A DNA stretch of 40,150 nucleotides, from positions 1 through 40,150 of the forward strand of contig JAPEUI010000135.1 in the NCBI GenBank assembly GCA_026025075.1, in the 5' to 3' direction. The DNA comes from Vezdaea acicularis. Taxonomy: Eukaryota. Below the pieces are notes generated by a model that did not search any database, was not told the origin of the DNA, and saw only the letters and a program-made list of their open reading frames with translations. Both the position numbers and the translations under genes were made by a program. Shown here in pieces: positions 1-12,147 of the stretch; position 1 is the first letter of the stretch, and each line of letters begins with the position of its first letter.

Positions 1-3000
1 TTTAGAGAGTATGCGCGACGTAGGAAAGGGTTTTCGGTGACGGTGGCGGTGCACCTGACTCAAATGTTTGAGACGGCGCACAGACGTGTGAAGAGCGGGC
101 ACCGCTTGATTGACTGGGAAGCGACGAGGAGCGATCCGGCAGCAACCGATCTGAGACGGATCAAGATGGGCAATTGTGACGGTGACGGTGAAATCGAAGA
201 AGACATGGCCAGTGACGCTTCCAGCCAACTGCTGTACCCCCAACCATCTACGATGAATGCAGCCATCTTATTTGTGCGACGGCCAAATAGAGTTGAAGTG
301 GCTCGGTGGAAAAGTCCGCTCGTGGGCAAGTAGAAACTCGGTCCGCGAACGCGACAGATGCCCGATGCAGCCGGTGCGACATGTAACCCTCCCCCCTAAA
401 AGTGGCGGCAGGCGCTTAGAGACACCAGTCACACGCGAGACGGAGCGGCGAGCAAGCCCGCGAACGATGTTGGTGACGAGAACGGCCCGCATTCGCTCCG
501 TTCCGCTGCTCGAAACCTTTCGCCGGCGACCTCTCGAGCGACGCCCACGGACGGGAGATGAGGCGATGGTGGTTGGACGCCACAGCCATGCTGATCTCTC
601 GCCGTGAAGGGCATTTACTGGATGGATGGCCCATGTAGAATGATGTGAAGTGAGAGCAAAAGGACTGGTGAGGCACGCATTCCAGTCAACCACTGACGAC
701 CGGAGAATACACGTCCACGGTTGTGGCGACGATGTGCGGGAATGCTACTTGATACTGAACAAGTGCAGCTCGGTCGCCGCTTCCGTCGAGCTGCCCTGCA
801 CGAGAAAAGAAGGTTCGACGCTCGCCTGCTATCACTTCAGCCGGACGGGGTCGGGCAATGCATGTCTCGGGGAACCGTTGCAGTGGGAACGCTTATTCTA
901 GAGGATTCGCGGCGAGGGGGTGGCTCGCTCAACTCTAATTGCGATAACCCTCGAGGCCGCAAGCATGAATCCGCCGGACAGGCAGACTTCGCGTAACAGA
1001 TCCGAGAAGGGGTGGGGGCAACGGGGGGGGCAACCCGAGGGGGGAAGGGGGAGGAGGAGGACGATTACCTGGAGAGAAGGATGGGGGGGTCGCTCTTTCG
1101 CCCCAGGTCGAGCGTGCTGCCCGACGGCGGTTCCATGGCCTCGCGGTCTTGCTTTTTGATAGATACCATCCCACGGTCTCGGGGACGGGCTTGCACCAGG
1201 CGACCAGGACCGCGATCCTTCGCCTCCATCCGAAGAAGGATCGCTCTCGATGGGCGGGGGCCGGAAGCTGGACGAGCGTTTGACTACTTTCTCGTCCGCG
1301 TTCTCGTCGGACCCAGCAAATCACGACGGCGAGGAGGCCGCATAATGGCGACCGCGGCCGAGAGGAAAGCGATTGGCTCGTCTGCAATGCAACGACGGGC
1401 AACCTGCGACCTTTCCGCCCGCGGTGCCGTCGTCTTTCTGCAGTGCCGGTGCAACTGCTTTGTGCATTTTGTGCCCAGCTGCATGACGCACGCTACAGCT
1501 CGCCAAAGCTCGCCTGAGCTCGTCTGGGTACGGAACCAGTCCCTTGAACCACGCATTGACCGCGAGGCTGCAGTACCACCGACCCGGTCGCGCCGTTGCC
1601 CGTACCAGTGGATCGAGGATATTGTCGTGCTTCCGAACTTGCATCGACAGTTTCGCCGTTTGCGACATGCGGCGTGAGACGTGAGACGCAGGTTTCTCGC
1701 CCGCGAGCTTTCTCGTGGTGTTTCCTCTCTCAGAGCGCGAGGTGCACACCCTCCCTTGCGCCTCGTTCTCAGTTGTGAGATGAGGGGCCTGCAACTCAAC
1801 CCCGGCCCCATCACATCGCTAGCGTCGGCTTCATGCGCGTTTGCCGTTGCCCCTGGTCGGCGGGAGCTCCTCATTGGATCGCCGGCCGCGCCGTCGAGTG
1901 ATGGTGATCCGCATTTTTCTTCCGAGCCGGCTCATCCACCAATCATAAAATCGCGCCGTCAAAAACCAAAAAGGAGATTTTCCCTTTGGCTCTTCCTCGC
2001 TACTCTTTTCTTCCTCTCATGCTCCACGTTCTATCTATCTATCAAGCCACTGACCTTCTGCCACTCGACTGGGCCCCTCGTCTCATTTGCTGAACGCCGA
2101 GGTCCGACGCAAGTCATATCACGAGAGAGCCACAAAGCCTAGGCGGGATGCTCCACGCGGTGGATTTGAAGGCCATTCGATACATTGAATGGCCGTCACT
2201 TCCGTCTATCCCGACATGGTGGACCGTCGTGCCAAGCCCACACGGAAAACTTCCCGACGGCCGATAGCAGGGTCCCCTAGGGAAAGAGCAAGGGAGAGAG
2301 GACTGGGCTAGCGGTCTCAAGCTAGCTTCCGACCAGGGCCAAGGAGCCTGCCGAGATTGATCGTGGCCGGCGTCCCAGGCGGCGTCCAGTCAACGAGGAA
2401 CCGTCTGATTGGAACCGACCTTTTCGTCTGTCGCGCGGTCTGGCTGGTGGAAGGCGACATGGCGACCTCGTATTCCTCCTCCACCTCATGGCAGGCTGGC
2501 GGGACGGAACGGCCTTTGCCTTCAGATTGCCGTCCCGTGCAAGAGAGATCCCCCTTTCACGATACGGATACTGACGGCGATGGCGTTTTTCGATAAGAGT
2601 CGATTCGTCAAATCGGCCTCCCATGTGGGCTGAGGGTTGCTAGAGCAGTAGGGATTGCCGAAGCAGGGCCCGGCATTCACATCGAGTGCCATACTGGGCC
2701 ATAACACTCGAGTAAACATGCTGGGACGATGGTTGGGGAGTTGACTGCGATCAGCAGCCATCCATCTCGGCGCTTGATCGTCAGCACGAGAACAATCTGT
2801 GGATCAGATGAACGACGAATCTGAGTTTTGATGCCATCGATAGCACCAGCGCGGGCGCGCCTGGCCGAAGTGCGCCTCGTATGATGGAGATTCAATGGCG
2901 ACGGTGACGAGCAGGAATCCCCACGAATGAGGATGAGGGGGAAAAAGAGAGAGCATGAGAGCGAGAGAGGGGAGCGATAGCAGTAGAGCAGTCAGCAGTG

Positions 3001-6000
3001 GAGGAGTGGACGAGCGCTCAATGGCGAGAAACGTGATTGCTCCTGCATGCGAGTGGCAGGGACAGGGGTGATGGCCGTGGTGCGCAGGGGTCAGGTCGAA
3101 TGCGGGAGCTGCTCTGGGCACAGCTTTCCCTTTCCTGTAGGTGCCTGATCGACTCGCTTCGAGGCCCCGACTCGGCTAAGCCAGCCCTCGCCCCCCACTC
3201 GCACCCCTCCCGTTTCCATCCTCTCAAGCTCTTGGTCGCCCATCCCTAATCTACTCATTACATAGTCATAACTGCCATTAACGGTGTAATGCGACCCTAA
3301 GCCCCATCGGCCATATTAGGGTTGAGTGGATGCGCCATTTGGGTCGTTGTCATTCTTTGGCTTTCCTTCGGCTTCGTCGTTGCCCTTCTCAACGCCTATC
3401 CGCTAGGCGCTGATCCCGAAGCTATTGATCTTCCGCTGTCAGATCGGGTTGCGATGGCCAAATGCAGAAGCAAGGTCGTCCGTCTGCCCCTCGGTGTCTT
3501 CGAAACGTGCGGCAAGCTCACTGGCGACAACCTCGTCGACCGCCACGAATCGATCTTCCTCTGCTCAATCGGTCGTGAAGCAGCAGCCACGACCATCCGT
3601 TTCGGGAAAACGGGACATGACAATAATTCTCCGAGGACGCTCCGGGAGAATGCCGCAGTGCTGCTTCCCACTTAGGAAAGTGAAAGAGGCGCGAGGGCGG
3701 AAGCAGACGCAGACACACCGGGCACACTCGCTGGAGCAGATGCAGACGCGCTTCTACCGTTCGGCATCGGACACTCTTCTGACGTGACGCGAATGCCACC
3801 AAACCGTTCGAACGCCTCCTCGGCAGATTCGATACTCGTTTCTCATCATGTAGATCGTCGGGGCGAGTGACAGGTAGGCAAAAGAAGGCGAGGGGCGCAC
3901 ACGAGTGAGCGATGGTACCACTGCGGCGGGTCGGATGAGCCCTCGAGCTTAAGTTTGGGGCGAGGTCTTCGCTGGCCCAGAAGCAGGGCGCCCGAGGAAG
4001 ATGCTCCCACGGCGATGCCAGCCGGGGTGAAAGTGCGGAGAAGCGGAGGGAGAACAGCGGAGATCTGGACGCAGCTACGTGATAACACTAGCCATTCGCT
4101 CTTTCTCCATTCACTCTCCCACATCGCCCTAGTGCGCAATGGCGGAAGAAGTGGCCGAATCGCGCGACCTTTCCCCTCCTGATAGTAGATAGCATGCACC
4201 TCGAACCAGATTCTGCGAAGAGGGGGTTCGTTCTGGGGAGCTCTACGAACGTGTCCTGAACGAGAGAACCGAAGGTCGCTGCTCAAGATGGAGCAGCACC
4301 GATGGCGTGACTGATTGGTGACGCGAACTCAAATACTGGCATTCCTGATTCCCAACCTGGGCGTTGACAGGTTCTCCGCTCGGCTTCGTGAGCTCTCTTT
4401 GAAATGTGCCTTGAACCGCATGTTTGTGTAGGAGTACGTGGAAGCCCCGCGCAGGAGCACAGCGGGAATCGTCTTGCGCGGTCCTCGACAAGCAGATGCA
4501 TCGGCATCGCCTTCGGCTTCGCTCACCGAATGATGCTTTCGAGATTCGCGAGATGCAAGCCGACGTCAGAAAGCCATGGCCGCGCGAAGGATGAAAAAGA
4601 ACGATGAAAGCTAAAGGCAGGCCGACGAGCAATGGCGCTGAAAGCGCGCCGAAGGATTCCCGCCAATCTGCCCACGGCCGTTGCATGTGCGTGCGTCTGC
4701 GCCTGCGCCGGAGCCCTTCGCACCGATCTTCCCGAGGGCGCGAGATGTCCGTGCAAGATCCCGCGAGCGCGGAACCCGTCCAATTCTCTGGCAAAGGCCG
4801 CAGTCGCATCACGGCATCCTTGCCAGGCGCCAATCGAGTCGCGGCAACGCTCTCCGCCAGCTGTGTTTCAATATATTCGTTTCATTTGCAGTCGTGACCG
4901 TCGCGGTGGAGGGCGTCCCGAAGTGGAAATCAGATGGCCATCAGGCTCCGCGAGTGGCACGAACAGACGCGGCGGGAGCACCACGGTCGCGGCCGCCCGA
5001 TCGCCGTCGTTGGCTCCGGCCGCGTGTGTCTCGTGTGTGCTTCATCTCCAGAGCTGAGCGGACCTGATTCGAGGAGGGGGGGGGAAAGGCACACGCCGCA
5101 CGAATCACGTCGGCGTAAACCTTATCCACGAAGTTATCCTCCGATGTCAAATGGTCGAATGGTGGCAAGCGTGCTGCCGGAAGCATCGCCTTTTTTCCGC
5201 TCTTGGCGGTGTTGGTCAGCCACCTTGGCCCTCTCTTCTCCATGCTCCGCCGTCTGTCCTGTGAAAGGGCACTGTTCGCGGTGGGAGCTCGTTATTAGCG
5301 GTTGCCGTGATGATCGCCGCCCCTGATGTTGCCTGAGTGCCAAGCCCTAATCGGTCGCCGCCGTCCCTCGCTCTTGCTCTCCTCGGCCTCTCTGTCGCTC
5401 CTCCCTTGTGCAGCGTCACACCCGGCCGCGGTGCTGCCCGTACTCATGGCGGCTGACAGCGACACCGTGATCTCGCAACGGCTGGTAGTCATCACGCCCT
5501 CGTCCCGACGGCGGTGCGACCGTCGTCGGTATCGCTACACATCGTGCACGCTCCGTTCTCGTGGAGAGGGCGCGGCGGTGCCATGAGAAAGGCAAAGCCA
5601 CGATCAACCGCGGTCGTCGCGAGAACGGATGCAGGGCAGGGGGGCTTCCTGGGGGGCGTCCCCTCTGCCGTCGCCAGAGACGGGTTCGCCTAGGCCAGTT
5701 CGAGACCGGGGGCCCTAGCTCCGTTCCCCCCTGCCTCTCGCCCCTTGCCCCTTGCCCCATTGCCCGCGAACCAGATTTCGGGGAGGGAAATGGCTGTCAA
5801 GCGAATTGCACCGTGCGCAGCGTCGCCCGCAGTAGCCTCCTCGCTAGCGCGCCTCTAGCGACGACGCCTCTCCGATCTCCCTCGACGCCGTCTCGGCCGT
5901 CGGGCCGTCACCAACTCGTGAGGGAGAGATAGACGCGACCATGGCCACGGCCACGCAACGTCGACAGAGCGGCGCGAGAGACGGTGAAGTCAGTGAAGAT

Positions 6001-6260
6001 GTGTATGTGTGTATGGGGGTGTGGGGGTTGTGTGCGCTGCGGATGAGGTTGCCCACCTACGGCAGACGTCGAAAAAGGTGGCGCCCTCAAGCGACGCGAC
6101 CCCCTCCCCCTCCGTGCCCGCCGGAGAAACGCCATTGGGACGTTAGCTGACTTTCTGGGGAATCGCGGCAGATCGCACCTTTTCAGCGCGGCCGAGCGAG
6201 CCTCCAGAGCTCGACAGCTCTCTGGGAGACCGGCCGCTGCACCGACGCTGACTGGGCCTG

Positions 6261-6308
6261 GCACACGCTTGCCCACGCTTGCCCACGCTTGCCCACGCTT
6301 GCCCACGC
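6261..6308. repeat. 10-bp tandem repeat (GCCCACGCTT) x ~4.8
   Basis: gcacacgctt gcccacgctt gcccacgctt gcccacgctt gcccacgc read directly; lies just upstream of the CT-rich tract. Confidence 0.95.
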
Positions 6309-6344
6309 CGGTCCGCGCCACGGTTCTTGCCTACCCCGGCTCCG

Positions 6345-6625
6345 ATAATTGACCCTCGCCCTCTCCCTCACCCTCGCCTCGGCCCTTGCCCTGTCCTCCC
6401 CTCTCTCCAACATGCCCGACGCTCTACTCACATCTCTCTCCCTCGCTCACACCCTCTCGCGCGCCATCTTTCCTCGACCCATCTTCCTCTACATCCTCCC
6501 CGTGTCCCCCCCCTCCCTCCATCCAGAACTTTCCTCTCCACTCTCAACCTCACCTTCAACTCTCCTCCGCCGCTCTCCTCCTCTCCACATCCTACAGACT
6601 CTCTTCTCTTTTCTTCTACTAGACC
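6345..6625 (+). promoter_or_regulatory. Pyrimidine (CT)-rich tract, probable core promoter/TSS region of the RasGEF gene
   Basis: ~280 nt strongly C/T-biased. CT boxes typically precede transcription starts in filamentous fungi. It lies ~0.8 kb upstream of ATG 7402. Confidence 0.55.
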
Positions 6626-7098
6626 CCTCTGGCCGTAGACCGTGCCGGGCCTAGGATCAAAGAGCATTCTTTCTCTGTTGTGATATCCGAAAACGTCCTG
6701 CCTTTTTTTCCCCTTCGCTTCGAAAAGTGCCGCCCTTGCTTGCAACTTGCAGCATCGGCCACCTACGTTCGTTAACGACCCCGAACCTGCAGCGGAGATC
6801 TCGCACATCCATTCTGACCTGTGCGTCGATTCTCTCGAAAGCTCAGTCCGAGGCCAATTGCAAGGAGACACAACGTTAGGGTAGCACAGAGCACAGGACC
6901 TGGACAGGACCATTATCACTTCACACGGACATTTCAACTTCCACGACAACCTTCATTATCGGCGTGTCTAGATCAAAGAAGCGCCTCGACTGACCAATAT
7001 CTCGTACCTGCTGCTCCGATTGGCGCTTCAGGCTTTCTGGGAACCGCCCACCTGCGTTCCGGATAACGAGTCCGCGAGGGGTGTGAATCTTGAAACAG

Positions 7099-7221
7099 GT
7101 ATGCAGCTTTCCGGGTGGAAGATGGCATTCCCGAGTCCCCCTCCCTTCGACGAGCCACATTCTTATCCTCTTGCCACAACAAAAATAACGAGGAAGAAAC
7201 ACTGACAATGCGTCCGCGTAG
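7099..7221 (+). other. Probable 5' UTR intron of the RasGEF gene
   Basis: Donor CAG|GTATGC at 7099, branch ACTGAC at 7201-7206, acceptor TAG ending 7221. The downstream exon has an in-frame TGA before ATG 7402, so the intron is in the untranslated leader. Confidence 0.6.
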
Positions 7222-7401
7222 AATCCCACCTTCAAACAACAAAAGATCACGTATAGGCAAACGTTCATTGCCGTGAGCTTGAATTGATGGTTGGAACGCC
7301 CTCTTAAACACCCTCAAGACGTGATCGTCACTACTCATAACCTTACCAAACTTCCTGAGGTCTCTCACGAGGAGACGCTCGGTCAAAGGATCAAAATCAA
7401 C

Positions 7402-10400
7402 ATGTCTGCTCACTCCAGTATATATGTCGCGCCACTACAGTTTGGATCTGTCAGATCGGGAGCAACGAGTAGTGCATCGACGTATTCTCGACCATCCTCT
7501 TCCAAGGGCAACGCGCTCTATCCAGTTCAGGCACATACGCAGATGACTCCTCCCGCGACACCCCACGGATCTCAAGAGGATTTACTTCCTCAGCCCGAAG
7601 CTCCAGAGCCAGTCTTCCACAGCTACCTCAGAGCCTTCTGCCAGTTTCATCCCAGTTACGCCGGAACCTCGTCAACGGTGACTCTACCATTGGCTCAAGG
7701 AGACGTCATTCTCGTGCATTCGATACATACAAACGGATGGGCCGACGGGACGTTATTGATATCTGGTGCTCGGGGCTGGCTACCGACCAACTACTGCGAG
7801 GCATACGATCATGACCATATCAGAAACCTGTTAAAGGCCCTCTTAAACTTCTGGGACCTGCTTCGAGGACGCACGAGCACTCAGTTGGATGTCTTCCGAG
7901 GTCAGGAGTATATTCGAGGCCTCATCGCAGGCGTTCGGTTCTTATTGGTAAGGCTTTAACGCTATCCGAGCACGTTTGCCTGTTCTGACATGAAGCAGGA
8001 AAAATCAAACTGTCTGACCCGAGAGTCACCAATTGTGCGGAGTCGTGACGGCCTACGGCGGAACCGAAAGGTTTTGCTCTCGGATCTTTCGTCACTTGTG
8101 AAGTGTGCGAAGCGACTTTCAGATGTTGCAAACGGACTCGAAGTGTCAGACAACATTGAGGATATGGTCGATGAGATGATCATGAAGGCGTTCAAGATTG
8201 TGACTCGGGGCGTCAAGTTCCTCGACATATGGAACGAGGATGCAGCTCCTAGAGTTCCTTCTATGATCTCGATGGAAATGGCTCCTGCAACTTATGGTGT
8301 GCCGCCAACGCCGCCTGCCGAATCGATCTCGTTTGGGCAATCCACAGCCTCACAAACGGAAGCCGAGTCAAGTTCGCCCTCCATGGCCACAGCGGCTGTT
8401 CAAACCACCAATTCGACGAGCGATGGGCAATCTATCGACCAGGGCCAGGACCGCGTTAACCAAAATCGATGCTCTCAATCTCAATTTGCTGGGTCCCGAC
8501 CCGCCACATCACACTCCAACAAGATCTCGTCTCGGCCAAATTCTCTTCAAGTCAAACGGCAGTCAATCTCGCACCGTATCTCTCACTCGGGGCAAACGAT
8601 GAGCTCGCAAAGCTCTAATCTCGCATCCGAGCGGCTAAAAGCTACCCATGATGCCTTCTTGACCTCCCAAGCTTCGTTCGTTGGCCGGCTGCATCTCCAA
8701 TCTCGATCATCGTCAGAGCTCCTACTGACTACCCAACAATCCGTCAAAGCTTGCCAGGACCTCCTCGCCGTTGTCGATGCTGTGTGGGATCGTGACTTGC
8801 AACGCTCGGAATCGCTTCAAGACGCTAAAGACGCCATGTGCCGTCGCATCACCGACTTGATGCGTGTCACTCGCGATACCTTCACACCAACCGATGCTTA
8901 CGATGATGATGAAGCCGTTCTGCCAGATCAGGGCTGGGCTCTCATGACAGCCGCTACTAACTGCGTGAAGGCAGCTGGAGAGTGTGTTGCTAAGACAAAG
9001 TTTGTCCTTGAGAGAATCGGGGATTTTGAGTTTGAGCCAGTCGGACTTGGAATATCAACCCCAGACGAGGACATCCATCCAACAGAGTATCAGCGTGACG
9101 ATCAGCTGCATGTTCAAGAACGCCAAATGAGTGAGGACACCATCATGCCTCCACCGCCACAACCGATCCAACGTCCTCCACCTCCGCCTGAGCCAAGGCA
9201 CAGTGCGCAAGCTCTCACAATCGATATCGCCTCGGAAGTATCCTCATTGAGTGTGGCCTCCCCAAGTACTCTCGAATTCCCTTCACCTGACCGAGCTTCG
9301 CGACGCTCTCTTCTACCACCTCTTCCAAGCATGGCCAGCCCGCTCATTTCCGAGTTCAGTTCGGCCGACTCTGATGGGCACCTACAATTGTCGTCGCAGC
9401 CTTTCGATAATTCGGACTTGACAATAAATGGTGATACAACCGCAGGGATATCGAGCGACGGAACAAACAGTACCAACCTCGTGGGAAACCGAAATTCCGA
9501 CCCTAGCATTAAGTCTCAGACATCTACTCGAGCGACCACTCCTGACCATGCTGGCCATGGGAGATCAATTTCTCCTTTCAGAGACGCAAGCCAGAGCATG
9601 ACAAGCAGCCAAACTACCCTTGCCGAAGAATTTGAAGAGACCGAAGCGACGATGCTTGAGAAGACCTTCGCTCATGAGCTCATCCACAACAAAGATGGTC
9701 AGATAACCGGCGGTACTCTTCCAGCGCTTATCGAACGCCTTACCACTCACGACTCAACACCAGACTCAACTTTTGTTTCAACGTTCTATCTGACCTTCAG
9801 GCTGTTCACCACTCCTGTGAAGTTTGCAGAGGCGCTGGTTCATAGATTTGATTACGTTGCTGAGAGCCCTCACGTGGCCAAGACGGTGCGACTACGGGTT
9901 TATAACGTCTTCAAGGGATGGATCGAATCCCATTGGCGAAGTGACTTTGATCGCGAGGCACTCGATATCATCTATACTTTCGCCATCCAGAAGCTCAGCG
10001 TCATCATTCCTAGCGCTGGCAAACGCCTTATCGATCTGGCTGACAAAGTAGCGGCCGCCGATGCACCACTAGTGCCTCGCCTTGTCTCATCCATCGGCAA
10101 GACGAACACTTCCATCTCCCAATACGTTTCTCCCGATACCCCGCTGCCACAGCCAATTATTACCAAGAGTCAGCTCAACAGCCTTAAGAATTGGAAGCTT
10201 ACTGGACATCCTCTAAGTATCATGGATTTCGATCCGCTTGAGTTGGCTCGTCAATTTACTCTAAAGGAATCTAGGATCTTCTGTTCAATCTTACCCGAAG
10301 AGCTACTAGGCACGGAGTGGATGAAGAAGTCTGGTTCTAATGCCCCGAACGTTCGGGCCATGTCGACTCTTTCCACAGACTTGGCCACCTTGGTTGCCGA

Positions 10401-11121
10401 CACGATCCTCGCACCTGAGGATCTGAAGAAACGTGCGGCAATAATCAAGCAATGGGTAAAGATAGCAAAGAAGTGCTTAGGCCTCAACAACTACGACTCC
10501 GTAATGGCCATCATCTGCTCCCTTAACTCTTCTACCATCTCACGTCTGAAGAGGACCTGGGAAGTGGTATCGCAAAAGACCAAGGCCACTCTGGAGAACC
10601 TGAAGAGTATTGTTGATGTTTCAAAGAACTACCTCGTACTCCGGCAGAGACTACAGGGTCACGTCCCTCCCTGCTTGCCATTTGTGGGCATATACTTGAC
10701 AGATCTGACCTTTGTTGACGTCGGCAACCAGACTACACGACAATTGCCTAGTGATGGTGTCAATGGCGGCATGTCAGTGATCAATTTCGGCAAGCATATG
10801 CAGACTGCCAAAATCATTGGAGAGCTACAGCGATTCCAAATACCTTACCGACTCACCGATGTTCCGGAGCTGCAGGAATGGATGGATGCACAGATCCTCC
10901 GCGTTCAAACTTCGGACGAGGCGAACATACAGAATTATTATCGCAGGTCTCTCCGCCTTGAGCCGCGAGAGCAAGCACCGTCACGCCCGTCACCTCCGGA
11001 GCCCTCAAATTCTAGTTTCACCAACATCATTAGTGAGAAGCAAAAGTTCGACTTCCTTCCATCATGGACGCATTCTTCAAGAGATAAATCCATCGCAGCA
11101 GCGCAGACAGCGACACAGTGA
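7402..11121 (+). CDS. Ras guanine-nucleotide exchange factor with N-terminal SH3, RasGEF_N (REM) and CDC25 catalytic domains, ~1222 aa; exons 7402-7947, 7999-11121
   Basis: SH3-like segment (RAFCQF...LPLAQGDVILVHSIHTNGWADG...RGWLPTNYC). REM (GGTLPALIERLT...FYLTFRLF...RLRVYNVFKGW). CDC25 domain (DPLELARQFTL, NNYDSVMAIICSL, PCLPFVGIYLTDLTFVDVGN). A phase-0 intron 7948-7998 (GTAAGG...CTGAC...CAG) joins ORFs 7291..7959 and 7990..11121. Confidence 0.95.
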
Positions 11122-11253
11122 TCTTACATGCCCCGCATCGTACCATCATCTCCTTGCCTCACCACCTTGCATTATGCATAGCGTTCTTGCATCTCTACAA
11201 ATTTCCGCCTCCAGGCTTTCGGCGCACGAGATTTTTCCTTTTTTTTTTTTTCG

Positions 11254-11295
11254 GGATGGGACGGGACAGGACTGGACAGGACAGGACAGACGGGA
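11254..11295. repeat. Degenerate GGAC(A/G/T) pentamer microsatellite following a poly-T run, in the RasGEF 3' UTR
   Basis: gggatgggacgggacaggactggacaggacaggacagacggga; T-run at about 11238-11251. Confidence 0.8.
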
Positions 11296-12147
11296 TAAGT
11301 CTGGGGGTTATGGAGCTGACAGGTTGTTTTCCGGTTGATTTTCCGCTTACGATCCCAAGAGCATGACGGCCCCTGATGCCTTGCGGTTGCAGCTTTGTAT
11401 TCACTATTTGTTCTTGCTGTTTCACATACACGTGGTTCTGGGAAAAGATGGCCTCGAAAAAAGGAAAAAGACGGGTGCGTAAGACTGGGTCATCAGAGCT
11501 CGCGCTCATATGTATGGTTATGGGGGTCTAGGTGCTCGCTATCATAGCTGAGCTGGCTCACCGGATGGGGAAAAGTCTACGTGTAGATGCATCAGTTGAG
11601 ATTAAGTACTTGTGCTCTTGCCTCTCGATTGTAAGGAAAATGATTTCGTGATGCAGTTGTAGTGACTTCAAACATCTCTTCAGAAAACCAGGTTCCAAAC
11701 TAAGTAGAACTGTTGCCCCTGGTAATCCGACTGGCTACACTTCTTTCAACAGACCTAAGTATTCTAGTTGGTTGACCGGAGTGGTCAGAATGGGCTAGGG
11801 TTCGGGCTTTCTTTTACCGGGCCAAGTTTCAAACGCGCAAGTAAACAACCGACGCTGATTGGCGCATTCGCCATTTCCTCTATCGAATAATCACATGCCA
11901 TTTTTTGCCTTGATGGCGAACAGCAAACATGACGCGTGAAAGCTGGCCACCCTCAACAGAAAGATGCCACCAACCGCGTCGACGAGTGACTTGGCACACT
12001 TCGAGGTCGAGATACCCATGACATCCGTTTCACGCCATTATCGTCTCTTGATGGCGTGGTTCACAGCGTTTTCATGGATTCGATAACAGCAGCTTCCAAG
12101 ACTTACCTACCTTCTCGCCGCCACTGCATATACTTGCACCTTACAAC

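Noticed and set aside
37..6949. Dozens of 60-220 aa ORFs on both strands (e.g. 1012..1677, 1284..1874, 4243..4833)
   Set aside because: They overlap in all frames, are Arg/Pro/Gly/Ser-rich as expected from high GC, mostly have non-ATG starts, and show no recognisable motif or coherent splice model.
7291..7401. TTG-started N-terminal extension of the RasGEF ORF
   Set aside because: This is an ORF-finder artefact. ATG 7402 has a good context (TCAACATG) and there is no evidence for non-AUG initiation.
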